From: Nymphaea colorata
Taxonomy: Eukaryota
Direction: 5' to 3'
NCBI RefSeq assembly: GCF_008831285.2
Contig: NC_045138.2
Location: forward strand, 24,552,001 to 24,616,000
Length of the DNA stretch: 64,000 nt
Shown: one piece after another, positions 41,487-54,896 of the stretch
How positions within the stretch are numbered: the first letter of the stretch is position 1
Layout of the letters: each line of letters begins with the position of its first letter
The notes under the pieces: generated by a model
Databases searched by the model: none
What the model was told of the DNA's origin: nothing
Seen by the model: only the letters and a program-made list of their open reading frames with translations
Made by a program: the position numbers and the translations under genes

Positions 41487-44400
41487 CAAATGAGACATTG
41501 CTATGATATGGGACAGACAATATGGCAATGAAATGTATGTGCACAATCATTTGATGTATCATGCAGCTTTTTTCTTCAATTAAATGTCCACTTGTGAATG
41601 AACCATACCTTTATGGCCCTCTTTGTGATGACCTCACCTGCTCACCACAAATATTTGATTCAAATGGTATGAGATACAATAGAGACTACAATTGTTAAAA
41701 TTTTAAAATTGCATGCAGAAGTACTTCTTTTAAAAAAGGTGAATGTCTATTTGTACTTTCCACTCAAGAAATATAAATTTATTCGCGATGCTTTGTGAAC
41801 CATTAATCAAGTTAATCGAACAACTCGTAAATCATTTCACGTACTCCTCCTATTTGTTGAATTTACAAAGCCATCAAAATCACCTGTAACAATCCGGTGA
41901 AAGTCTTTACCACATCTGCATCTGAAATGAATGTACATTTCTTATAAACTGACATAGCCCGGAACAGACTTGGATGATGCGTGTTTGCGCTGGCTTTTCA
42001 GCTTGAACTCATTTACATTGTCAGGTGGATCTAACGTCTTGGCCTTCAGTTGGTCAGATTTGAGGGAATCTTCCATATGTTTATACTTATCATGGTAAAT
42101 GTTGATCATGCATCCGATCAACCTCACATCTCACCCAGTCAAAACCTGCTTCTAGCATGTTACCTAGTTATAACAACAAAGTCTCTCGACCCGAGTGCAG
42201 TTTCTTTGAATAAAAAACCGAAAACGGAAAAGTTGCCGGTGCCCGGACCTCCTTAAATTGGTCTTATAGTTGTGGCCGGGTCCCTGCGGGCCGGAACCAG
42301 GTCATACCCAACTGTCCCGGTGGCCCCTAAGTGGAGCTGGGCCCAGACCCACATGGGTGCCCACACCTACTAAAAGAGTAGCATGTTTTGGATTTGGGTC
42401 TAGATCACCTTGGACCAGTCTAGCACTTTCAACTGTACACCTTGTGGTCTGAAATCCTTGAAACCAAAACTGATATATATCAGTGGTCTTCTTCTATAAA
42501 AAGAATACGAAAAAAAGAGAACATATATAGTCATTTTGAAATAGGAAAACTCAAATTTAGCATGGATCTACATTTTTATAATATTTTCTACATTTTCAAA
42601 ATTAGAAGTCCAAGTTTAAGCGTTCGGTCACTAGGAAGAGCGGTGTTCGGTCACTTTGGAAGACAAATTAAAGCCACTCCATAATGAAGGGGAACACAGG
42701 ACGGAGGGTGGAATCCACAAACTGGAATTTTGTGGGAACAAGTCCCATCCAGACGTCCACAGCCTGCTCACCACTAAAATCAAATTGTTTGAAAGCAACA
42801 AGCCAGATCAAATCAGTCGGCCAAAAAGTTGGTGATCATGGCGTCCCAATGCAATTGGCTTCATAACACTCTCTCTTTTTCTTGTTCTCTCAAAGATAAA
42901 GATAAATCTTCGCAGGGTTTTCGTTTTCTCCTTCATCCTTGACGCCATAGACCTGCTGATCTAAGAACCTAGCCTTTACTTTGTCATCTTCTGCTCGTCT
43001 CCGAATGACATATTTTGAAGTTTATTAACTTTTTGAGTTTCATTTCGGATTTGTAATATTTTGATACTGAATCCGATTACTTTGATCGGATGGTGATCTT
43101 AAATCTTCTGGATCTTAAAATGTCTGATTATCCAAGCCAGTGTTGATGTGCTAGAACAAGATTTGTAGTCCATCATTTCATGAATCTTGGATCTCCAGGT
43201 GCAACTCGGATCCGTGGATCTGGGATCCAAGAGTACCAAAGATTCCCTCATGTATGGTGCACATCAAGATGTAGCTACCAACTTTCCTTTTTGAGCAGCT
43301 GCATTAACTTTTCTCCTTGTCCATTAATGATATTAAGATGGGTTTTATCCCAGCTTTGAAATATAATCATCCTTGGATTAAAAAAAGTTTACAAATGGTC
43401 AAGTAGTGGGTGGTGGCCTAGCTATGACATTTAACTCAATAATTCAACGACTCCCAGATAGAATCTGCTGATCATCAGTACCAGTCATTCACATTGAATT
43501 TCCATAAGGTTTTGACTTAAGCTGCCATTGATTTCTCCGCACATGCACACACGCCACATGCAAAGTTCCTCAAGCCCATAACTAAGCATTTACCCGTACC
43601 TATATATGCACACATCATTGACATGGATCAGTTAATTAGCATGTGCATGTGTAATCAAACAAGAAAAAGAAGAGATATTTTAGACCCATGCTCTGTTGTC
43701 TAAGGCCATAACCAAAAGATCAAGCAGATTAAAGGCTTGCTCAAAAGGGACACCCATGAAAACAAAACCGTGAAAAGATTAAAAAAAAAAAAGTATGTAT
43801 CAAATAAGATTCTTAAATTCAGGGTTCTCCATTCTGCCCGCAATTGGGCAGAAGAGTGAGTTTAGATGTAATTTTCTGGGTACAGTGTTAAACTACTGTT
43901 TACCATGGCAAAGTTAGGACATCATGAGGTCGAAGCCACATCTATTAGAGTGATAACCTAAGTTTAGTAAATCAATTAAGCTCTAACGAAAAGGAAGGAC
44001 TAACTTAACTTCTTTACTAGTCCTCAGCAGGTTCTTCTTGCTTTAATAGGTCATCAAATAAAAACAGTCATTGTTTGCCAATTTAGCTATGATAAGCTTT
44101 AATACAATACAGATTTCACATGAAAACCTGCTCAAATTGGGAGATTCGATCACATGATTAGCACCATAATAGTATATGCTACTATATAATGGAAAGCTAC
44201 AAGATGGGATTATTACCGACGGCCAAATCAAAAGGTTGTTAGCTGCAACCTATCACAGCGAAAAAGGGGAATCAAACAATTAAAATCGGAACCAGACCTA
44301 CAATTAAAAAGCAGATTATTTGACTCCGACATAGTGGTAGAGTCAGGACGCTGCAATTGGTCATCGATTCGTTGAAGATATTTGATGCCAAAGGTTCTAA

Positions 44401-47400
44401 GCAGCAATTTAAGTTGAACAAACGGCCTAATATCGAGAGAAAAAAAAATGACAGATGAATTTAACCCAAGCATTGCTATAAATAACCTCTTCACGTTTTA
44501 AACGGCAAGGTTTTTCTCCGATATAATATAGCTAGCTTAAAAAAAATGGAAAAACGTGTCAAAAAATTTCAGAAAAACAAATAAACATGCTCTATCTGAA
44601 GACAGTGGCCAAGCTAGCAAAATTAGTTGGAGGGGAAGATGTTTAAAAATAGACAAATTTGTGGGGCACTTTTATATATATATATATTAATTTCAGAAAC
44701 TCTGCCTGCGGTGACAAATTTTTAAATTATGAAAAAACGTTTGCACGGACGCATATCACTTTGATTACAGAAGTTATAAACTATTACACATTTCTCAGTA
44801 AGTTCCAACTTTTAATTGCTTCGCGTTCGGAGGTGTGAAAAGACATTTTAAGGCAACTTTTTGTAAAATGACCAGCTCGTCCAGGTCTCCTACTCCAAGT
44901 CTGATTTCTATGGACCCCAAAAGAAAAGAAAAAAAAATACAATCACATTAAACAAAGCACAAACTTAGTGACGTAGGCCTTTGAAAATCTTATCTTAAAT
45001 TGATTCCTAAGTAGACATTGACCAACAGTATTAACTGTGCATCTCAACTGGATAGCCATAAACACAAGAAGAAAATGGTTAGATTATGAAAAGACAACAT
45101 GAATCATTGTGATTGGATTCTTTTGAAATTGGGAAAGGAAGAAAAATCCCAGTAACTCTTCCACCTTTGTTTATGGTTTATCCGCATTCTATTCAACATA
45201 AAGCATCGGACCTGGCCAATAACAGTTGATTGGGTGCAAGACTCAAAGATCTTTGAGCTGCGTTGAAGGAGATCGAAAGTTCGATAATCAGGTGACGTCT
45301 CTCTCTGCATCAGCAGTTGCTGAACCCAATTGACGTACACACAGAGGAAATTTTTTAAGAGTGTGAAAGCTAGAAATAATATATTGTTCAAGTATATGAT
45401 TTGGAGGACTGCAAATTTTCGAAATCCACAAAGATCACATAGTGTTCTCTGCTGCCAAACGACTCGTTCGTTCTCTCCTCTAATTACCATCTGTAGTTTT
45501 CATTTTAAGCATAAACCAATGGCCAACTTCACCATCATTCACCTTCAAATGAGTTTCTAAATGATCAGAAAAACTCATAGTCTCCCGGCTGATAGATACT
45601 TCTGACTTTTGTTATGGAGGCTTTTAATTTTTGACAAATTGCTTGATGACAGAAACCCATACTCCCCATCATATAAGAAGTTTTTTTTTTTTTTTTTTTC
45701 CGTTTCATGTCTCGCATTAACCATGACAAATCTCAGTTCATTGAATCCGACAATAGTAACATCACTCTCCTCAACTTTGAAAGTAAATATAAAGGAAAGA
45801 GCTAAAAGGGGAAAACAAAAAGTTTGGCTTTCTGCACTAGCCAAGAAATTTTGTCGCTAGCCCAGTGGCATAAAACTTCAAAGCTACTAGCCCCACCTTC
45901 ATTACATATGCATAATTTGATTTATATAAAGGGTTGCACCTACTAGATTCAAACCAACAATTGTAATTGGCTTTTTATTAGCCGACGCAATCAGTTACTC
46001 TAGAATTCTTTGAGTTTAGACCCAGCTTAGCTTGAGGTTCGCAACTTTCAGTCTTTTGAAAACATGTGAGGAATAGAGTCTAGTCTGGTTGAAGAGCACT
46101 AATACTACGAATAGTAGATTTAAGAAACAACCCATATGTAAAAAGAAATATTTATTATATGAAACAACCCATAAGAAACTACACATGCCCACATATACCT
46201 AGGCCACTAAAATATGTGGGTTCTTAAGATTCAAGATGGTGAAACCCCAAAGAATTTGGACAAAGTTGAAGGGCCTGTAGAATTTTTGCCTTTCAATTTT
46301 TCATGGGACTGATTTTGCACGGTTGTCATTCACGGCCGGACGCAGCTATCACTAAAAAGGGCACAATGTTTGGCATTATTCAAAAAGCAACCAAAGTTTT
46401 TGTGCGTTCAAGCATCTTATCCTGGATTTATCTCCTGGCATCAAAAACCTGAAAACTTTTTTTTTTTTTCCTGTACTTTTTCTCTTTTGAGGTGCCGAGG
46501 AACCTTTTCGGATGAGGCCACTTAATGGGCCCTGCCTCATGGTGAAAAGAACAGAGTCAGGATTTGCAAATTGGCCGGCCGAATCTTACTTTAAAGTTCT
46601 GCCATCATCTATTGTATCGATTTTCATTCAAACTTTACTTCAATTGCATTTTTGGTCTTGAGTCCCATTTGTGCTTGCAGACCTTGCACAAATCTGGGCG
46701 CATCTCTTGTTCGATTCCCTTAAGTGCTTCTCTCCGAATGAAGTTGAGAATTAGGCTAAAGGGTTGCGAAAGTGGCGAACTGATGTGGGTTGTGGTTGTC
46801 CATCCCCCTCCTAGATCTCTCTCTGGAAGAGGCACACAGCAGGGAAAAAGGTCTTTATCTTCGCCGTTTAGGCAGCCTAACAGAGACCTAATGCGTGTCC
46901 AAGGGCTTGACTCTGGGACGCATGGCCACAAGTTTTTGGGCGACGACGATGTTGATGTTGATGATGGTGACGATTCCATTTTGTAACTTTCTCGGAAGAT
47001 GGTGTCATCTGTTTTGTTCTGTACGCGACGATGGTGGTGGCAATTTGCTTTCATGTAAATGTCAATTAAAATTAGTGTGGCATCTGATTCTCAGGAGCAA
47101 AAAAATCGCCAGCCAACGCTACACATCATGCACACCCCCCGCAACCTGTGACCGACAGTGGCACTTTAAAAACTCTTCATCAAAATGAAAAGCATATAAT
47201 AAAGATTTGGAACAGTAACCTTTTTTTTGTATTAGATTGATACTGTAGTATTTATCGTTATGAAAATGTCTAAGGTTTTATGGAGTTTCTCACTGATATC
47301 GCTTCGCCTTCACCCAAGCTCGAGTTATACTCCAATTTATGAATTGCTCACCAGCTATAAGCCATCGATCTTAGCATCGTACTGAGATCTATTTCAACCG

Positions 47401-48631
47401 CTCGAGGGTCATGAATATTTCATATGCATGTAATTAACGCAGAAAAGCTTGACGAGTTCGAGATCTTTCTTTTTATATGAAGCCTGAATTTTCTATCAAC
47501 ATGACCTACCATTGAAGGCCAGCGACGATGCCTTGGTCGGTCAATGGATCAAGTCGCGAGCCTGCCAAAATCAGATCTGGACCCATTAAATATCCGAGAG
47601 TCTGATAAGCTTATTAGGATATGTATATTCATCATAAATCTGCAATCTTAAAAAAATTATTCAACTTGAAACGTCTCAGTTTTCTTTACCTGATAGGTAA
47701 GTTAGGCAGGGACTGCCTTGACATACCAATATATATATATATATCTCAGGTGTGAAAGTCTTGAACTCCTTCAACTCTAAAGGTTCATCTGAAACCCACC
47801 CAGATTTTAATAAGTTAAGATTGAATTGAGTCTAACAACCTGCATTGGCGTCATGGAGGAAGAAGAACGCAACTGACATGCCGTTGCTAGCATTGCCGTT
47901 GCTGACAAGCATCACTATCACTGTCGTATGTGTATCGTCCGATATCATGGCATACACACCAGATCGGCCCCCTCGCCGCCACCATGCGTGCACGGATAAA
48001 TGAGTTTTAATTTAAACATCAGCAGAGGGGCCAGTTTGAGTCATATCAGCCTTTTAACGGTTGATTTTAGCTCGTATCAGCCGGATATATGAGCAAACAA
48101 ATTAGTATAATTAAGTTCATTATAATTGTAAAAAGTTTAATTTGCGGGACATTGATAGCACATATGTGTCTAAAATGGCAAAAAATGCCCTTAGGAAGAT
48201 GAAAAAAGAATGACCACCCACAAAGGCAATGACAAAGACAAAGTGAGAAAACTAAAGTTTGTTCATTTTGTCCTATCAATGGGCAACATGCTGAGAGTGA
48301 GTTGGCATCAAGCTAGTGATGTATACAGGAAAAAAAGAAAAGAAAAGAAGATTCGAGTATTTTGAAATTTGTTAAGAAAGAAAGAGTTTTTTGGACTTTT
48401 GATTATTATTATTATTTTTTTTTGTGGGGATTTCCCTATTTTACTAATAATTAGAGGTATTCTGATCATTACACCTCTCGATACAACAAATTATGATGGT
48501 GAATTTAACCAGCTGTACCATATATGTTCACCCAAACACAGCCGTGTACACCCAATTAGTCATTTTCCCGCCGGAAGACGGCCGTCACTTGCTCAGGCCA
48601 TATATGTCGGATACTCGACCCGAAGAAGTTG

Positions 48632-51600
48632 GTTAACTCAACTTGGTCATTGAAAAAAAAAAGGATTAGAGTTGAAATTTAAGCATGTTTAGCTGTGTTG
48701 CCCATAAGATTATGTTAACAATAACATCAAGAATTATCACTTTCTCCAAGAAATATCCAAATTTAAAAAATTATCGAAAATAAAAAAAAAAATGTGTTTC
48801 AGGCCTGGTTTTGATATGTATGATATTGGGGCAAGCTGTATGCTTGAGTGTTCCAAAATAGAGTTAAATATGAACGAGGCAAACTAACTAAGTACAATAT
48901 CTTTAAGGAATTTGTTGGGCTGCCTTTATATATTAATCTTGCCTCGAAGACAAATTGGTGCGTATCATGTTTCAATAGCGTGAAGCAGAAGGGATAACGT
49001 CTGGCTAACTGGAAATACGGCCAATGAAACCAAACGATAAGTTTTTTGGTGCACTGTGCAAATAGTGCATCATGATCGGATGTCGACAACAGACGAAACT
49101 TCAAAATTCAATTATTATGCTTCCAATAAGTTTCATAAAAGTTATTGCACTCATAATATGCTCCAGTCATTGCTAGAAAATATTTATTCAAAGAGAAGAA
49201 ATGCATTCAGAAAAGGAAAATTTAATTCAAGTGTCAAACCCAAGTATCCTAAGTTCTTGTAATCAACAACTGTTTTTCAAAGAGCTTGATCGAACTGAAC
49301 AAGGTATGATCGGTTCCTTTTTATCAAACCTATTGTGGAATATCCAAAAGTTGTTTTATGCTTGTCTCTATTTCCTTAAGGATCTAATTGCAGGCAGATC
49401 CAAAATTATAGTTTGGCAACTTGATATAGACGTGCCATGAAGGTTAGGGCTACGAGATGATTTAAACTGTTCTCATGACAAGCTTTTTTCCTTCTTATCA
49501 TTAAAGAGGAAAATGGAGAGCAAATTTTCTTGTATGCATAGGAGATGAGCGGATCTATGAAGAGGGCTTCTGTCGCACCTTATATATGCTACATTACGTT
49601 GGTTCTACGTACATTATCTATTACATACATATTACATGTACTAGATATGAACCCTTCAGAAAAATGAGAGAAGAGGTGATTAGTTTGAAATCCTACTATA
49701 AGAGTGATCATTTTTGAGCCAATTTGGAATATGCAAGTTGATCTTAACCTAACTGGACCCACAGTTAACCACGTTGCATCGTTAATGACTCTATGGACTT
49801 CATTGAATTGGGGATATTTCATTTTTCTAATTTTCCTTATAAGCCTGCAGACCATTTTCATACTCAGTAGTACCATGTCTCAATTGAAAAAAAAAAAAGG
49901 AAAAATCAAACCGCCCTAAACTCGAGGTACCTTTTAGAGGGAGTTTGATAAGAAAAAGACTAAAAAGTTTGATAAAAAAAGACTGTTTTTACTGCACAAT
50001 GCACATGTTTCTAAAGAGTATATTCTGAGAATACTATTTTACTGTTCCAGACATTAATATTCATTATCACACCATATTTCCTGAAATAAGAATACGGAAA
50101 CTCTTAGAATATGTATTTTACAAACATGTATTCCAAAGTTGATACTGCCATCTTTTTCCCCGTTTAGCTCCAACAACAGTCTGGATCAACCTTCGTGTAC
50201 TAGCTTTATCTCAATGGGTACAAGAACTAGTTAAGAGTATCAAGAAGGTTCCAGTTCCTGCTGCCCTGCAACTTGAGTCTTGAACTTTCTCATAGTGCTG
50301 TTCTTACATGGCATGGTGCAGAGCCGAGGATTGCTTGGGCTTGTTAATTTACTGCCCATGAGGCAAACTTCCCTCTGGTTCGTTATAGGACAGTGGTCAA
50401 TGGGTTGAAAACATTCTATGATTAAGATCTGGAAATTAGGAAAACAGAATCTGTACATTAATGAACTCTGACTCGGCAAGCAAATCTGAAATCAAGTCTG
50501 AGATGGGAGAAGGATCTTACCCATTTACAGGTAAATGACGAATCTTATACCTGGGAAATCTGGACTTGATTTTAGAAATGCGGGTCCGGAGTCTGATTCC
50601 ATTACAGAGTCCTGATCAAGTGAGATGTTATGTTAAACGATGAATTTGAATTTCCCCATCATCTATAAAAGAATAACTCAGGAACATTTGGTGTGCAAAG
50701 GCTTGAAAGTTGGATGCTTTTAAAGAACAAATGCTAGTGTATTGGTTGAATTCAAATTTGAACCAATTTTATCGTGGCCCAGAAACACAAGAAGCTTAGA
50801 CTTTAGAAGGGACTCCCTATCAATAAGCAATTTGGATGTGAGTGAATCCGGTTGGTAATTGGATTGAATGTTTTCCTATTGAGACAAAATTTCACCTTTG
50901 TAAAACTTTGTTTTTACATTCTCTAATCTTTTGCCAAAAGAATGTGTGAAAAATGTTTTTTATTCCCCCACAGTCAGAAGAATCTAGGCCATACTTAATG
51001 TTTTAAATGTTTTTGTTACTCTGCAGAGGATTATGGATATATAAATGAATATATGCACGAGTCATGCAACTGCCGATGTTTCCGTCTTGATCGGGAAGAT
51101 GATGTCGCTGCGTTGTGAAGAAAAATGAAGCATACAACATCGAAAAATGGTAGATGTACTTTAAAGAAATGCAGCCCATGGAGATGTACTTTCAGAGGCA
51201 GTAAACAGCTCGATGGAGATGAACTCCTGTGTAGGTAAACAGCTTGAAGTAAAGGTGAACAAAAAGGTACTGGGCAAGAATTGGAGATTGGTACTAGACA
51301 AGAATTGCATGGAGATTGGTACTAGACAAGAATTGAAAATTACAGCGCATTAAAATAGTGAGATGTACTGTTGTACGCAATGCTAACCTGAAGTATGTAC
51401 TGCGAAGATCTAACTATTGCGATGTAGAGCGAGCTGCATGATTGTGCACACATGGAAAATGAAACACTTAGCAAAAAGTGGGGGATAAGGATTTTTGCAC
51501 CAAGGAAATGCAGGTGCTAGTGGCGTGGAGTAAGAGAATTTTCATGAGTTCAATCACCCTTACCTCACTGCTGCAATAGTGCAGCATGTGATCTACTACA

Positions 51601-51755
51601 CTGACAGTGGTTGGACCATTTCCGTTTTATCAGTTGAGTATTCTATTGTAATTCTGAACATTTTCCAGCAAACTTCTTTCAATGTCTTCCCCCATCTCAG
51701 CGAAACAGAAGGGGCTATCTGCAGCAGCTAAACAGAACTTCACTGTCGTTGAGAA
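48632..51755 (+). repeat. Direct segmental duplication, copy A (~3.1 kb)
   Basis: Colinear with 60732-63746 from 'gttaac.caacttggtcattg' to 'ctaaacagaactt'. Paralogous ORFs 49201 and 61186 share MHSEKENL.QVSNP. Confidence 0.92.
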
Positions 51756-51944
51756 CTGCCGGTGGTTTTGAAAGTAAGAGGTATCTATCACTTGCGTGGA
51801 AAAGCTTCCGCCTGTTTTCTCAGCGATACTAATACAATTATCCGCCATGTAGGTCGGCAGATCAATGAAAAAAAATCATCTGTACTGAGGTTGAAAGCTG
51901 AGTTGTATGTTAGTTGCTGTTGTTGGTAACCAGCGTTCATTTCC

Positions 51945-52410
51945 GGCCTGGCCCAACGCCAAATTCTAATGTAGAAGGGTCCCCAACGAAAGCAGGATTG
52001 TCTTCCTTACAAGCTTCCCATAAGCATAAATGGCTTCTTCTTGTTAGCGGAATCGGACCCCCTGCCAGCTGCCCTACCTGCTTGACATGCCGCTCAGCTT
52101 CTATGAGTGGACCAGGTCTGACTGGCAACGATGGGCCCCCGATTACCAACACAGAAATTACAGTTTTTCAATAACAAGATCTGATCGACCATACGATCCA
52201 CTCCACTGTTCCCGGTAGGATCAAGTTGGTTTCTTCTCGGCCAAGAACCACTGAGGGCCACTTATCATCGAGATGGGCAAGGCAGCCGGCAGGAGGTCTG
52301 ATTCCGCTGACGAGAAGAAGCCTTTTATGCTTTTGAGAAGCTTGGAAGGAAGACAATCCTGCTTTCCTTCCGGACCCTTCTATGTTAGAGGTGGACATCG
52401 GGCCGAGCCT
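51945..52410. repeat. Short inverted duplication, arms approx. 51945-52085 and 52270-52410
   Basis: 'tagaagggtcc..gaaagcaggattgtcttcctt.caagcttc' is present on both strands. ORFs 51914(+) and 52452(-) give near-identical peptides (KAGLSS.QAS.KHK.LLLVSGI.PPA.C). Confidence 0.88.
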
Positions 52411-52457
52411 GACGGGCCCAAAAATCGGGCTGGAGCACGACTTGGTATCCAAAACTT

Positions 52458-54896
52458 GGCCCAGCCCGGCTCAATTATAATAAAATAATATTTTTATTAT
52501 TATAAAATATTTTTTAAATACAAAATTCATATTTTTAGTAATAAAATATATTATTAAAATAAAATAATTTATTTATTTTTAATCCTTAATGGACGGAATC
52601 CTGCTCGGCCCGAGCCAGTTAAGGATTAAAAAAATATTTTTTTAATGAGGGTGGTCAGGAAACCCAAAGACCATTGCAAATGCACTATGCCTATTAATTT
52701 CTGGAAACTTGATTTGAAGATGATTTTTGATATGGAATAGAAGGTAGGTTGTATATTGGGTATTCTTTTTAACATATGATACATAAACGCCAGTTATTCT
52801 TTGACAAACTTAGTTGCATAGAAATCCAATCTGAAAATGAAAAATCTGCTCAAGCCATGTATAGAAAAACTTAGTTGTATACAACATTCTTATTAATTTA
52901 TATATAAAAAAATTTATTTTAACCCCTTTGGTTTAGGAGAGAAGTATACGTCAACATGGTTAATTTCCTTGCAGATGTAAAAACTCGTATCCATAAGTTT
53001 TCGGACATGCGATGTATCTGTTTTCTTTCCTAAAACCCCACCACCGGTGGAAGGATTGAGGAGTGCAAATACGAATAAGAAAAGAAGAGATTTGGAAAAT
53101 ATATTTTGGAAAGGACGAACAGGAGAATGAACAATAAGGCAGGTTATATAGAAAAAATTTGTCATATATTCAAATTGCACCTACCTTACAAAAAAAATAT
53201 ACTAGTTTCATATTCCAACAGACATATAAAAGCCCAAGTAACACTAATTTCCTACTAAACTTATTATCCGTAGAGAACTACTTGATTGTCGAATTACATT
53301 GCACGAAAACGAACAGATACCAATAATTTCTTAATTCTTAGTTCTTTCCTTTAACGCATTCATAGAGACCTCATGGTGAAGATACTGCGGAATGCAGCAC
53401 GTTCATCAAACCAAACATACATAGGATGCAGCAAGTTCCCTCTGCAAATTAAACCAAATTTTCTTCTAATCCTTCACATTACAAAGAACAAATGGATAAG
53501 AAAAATATATTACACAGAAATAAGCACAAGTTTAAAATTCCGTAGTTCTTGTGCATGCACTTGATTCATTCACGGAGACAACTTTCCGCAAAGAATGATT
53601 CGATAACTAATTACAAAGCATGAATTTAAACAGAAAGCTGAAGAATATCCCCTAGTGCTTCAACCCAACAAATCTAGAGAAAGAAAAGACGGTATGATTG
53701 GAAGCGTGAGAAAGAATCAATGAACTGTCATCAAGAAAATAATCCTCCCAGTTTGGGGGTGGCGGGTAGCCCACGTACAGACTTGGGCCTCTCCCTTGCC
53801 TTGCAGTTTATTGTTTTGCAGGAACTCTTTCCACTTCCCCAACAGGATGTAAGTGCCACAGGACTTCCACAACTTGAACCGCATCACGTACTCTTCTCTG
53901 TTTTGATCAAAGGCGGTGAGCTCGAGCCCGTCCTTGCTGTCGAACTTGTCGATATCTTCCTGCGAAAAGAGGGGCCACTTGAAATTTGCAGTCTTCGGCA
54001 CTGACAGTCTGCACTGGCTCAGATTGGTATCGGTGCTTGTCAATTTCTTGCTCAAAAGAAAGCTGGGCCCGCAATTGAGAAGGTCGGCTATGTTTCTGAG
54101 TGGACCATCTTCGGGAAACAACCTTGGGTGCTACTGCTGCCGTTGCTGAATCGCGTACTTTTCTTCGTTTTTATCATATTAATTTTTTTAAATTATATAT
54201 TTTATTATTTAAAATACAATTTATATTAAAAAAATTATTTTATAATTTTAAAAATAATTTCTTTATTGTAACCAGGTCGAGCCGGGCCAAGCCGGTCTTT
54301 TCCCTTTCTAGAGAAATGTTAACCTCTGGTTCGTCATTTCCAAAATATGTTTTCCAAATCCCTTCCATGGGGTTTTAGGAAAGAAGAAAGATACATGGCA
54401 TGTCTGAAAACTTATGGATACGAGTTTTTACATATGCAAGGAAATTGACCATGTTGACATATACTTCTCTCCTAAACCAAAGGGATTAAAATAATTTTTT
54501 TTTATATATAAATTAATAAGACTGTTTTATACAACTAAGCATGGTTTGAGCAGATTTTTCATTTTCAGAATGGATTTCTAGAATAACTAGTGTTTATGTA
54601 TCATATGTTAAAAAGAATACCCAATATACAACCTACCTTCTATTCCATATCAAAAATCATCTTCAAATCAAGTTTCCAGAAATTAATAGGCATAGTGCAA
54701 TGGTCTTTGACTGCCAGACGAGCACTTAGGTTTCTCATCGCCCTCATTAAAAAAAAATTATTTTTTAATCCTTAACTAGCCGACGCCCAGCCCTATTCGA
54801 CCTGTTAAGGATTAATTTTTTTTTATAATATATATGTTATTATTAAAAATATATATTTTAAATATTTATTTGAATCGGACCTGGCGGGGCTGGGCC
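52458..54896. mobile_element. Long-inverted-repeat unit (arms approx. 52458-53125 and 54322-54896) enclosing a B3-domain fragment; Pack-MULE/foldback-like or a local inverted duplication
   Basis: For example 52681-52800 'tgcactatgcctattaatttctggaaacttgatttgaagatg...' is the reverse complement of about 54590-54700, and 52980-53040 matches 54368-54430. The inverted repeat itself is certain. Transposon identity is inferred and no TSD was found. Confidence 0.55.
53717..54130 (-). pseudogene. B3 DNA-binding domain gene fragment, no start codon
   Basis: SKKLTSTDTNLSQCRLSVPK...LELTAFDQ..EYVMRFKLWKSCGTYILLGKWKEFLQNNKL is a typical plant B3 pattern. An in-frame TAG at 54133-54131 ends a Gln-rich run, and there is no upstream ATG before an AT-rich MITE-like segment at about 54155-54295. 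Confidence 0.8.
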
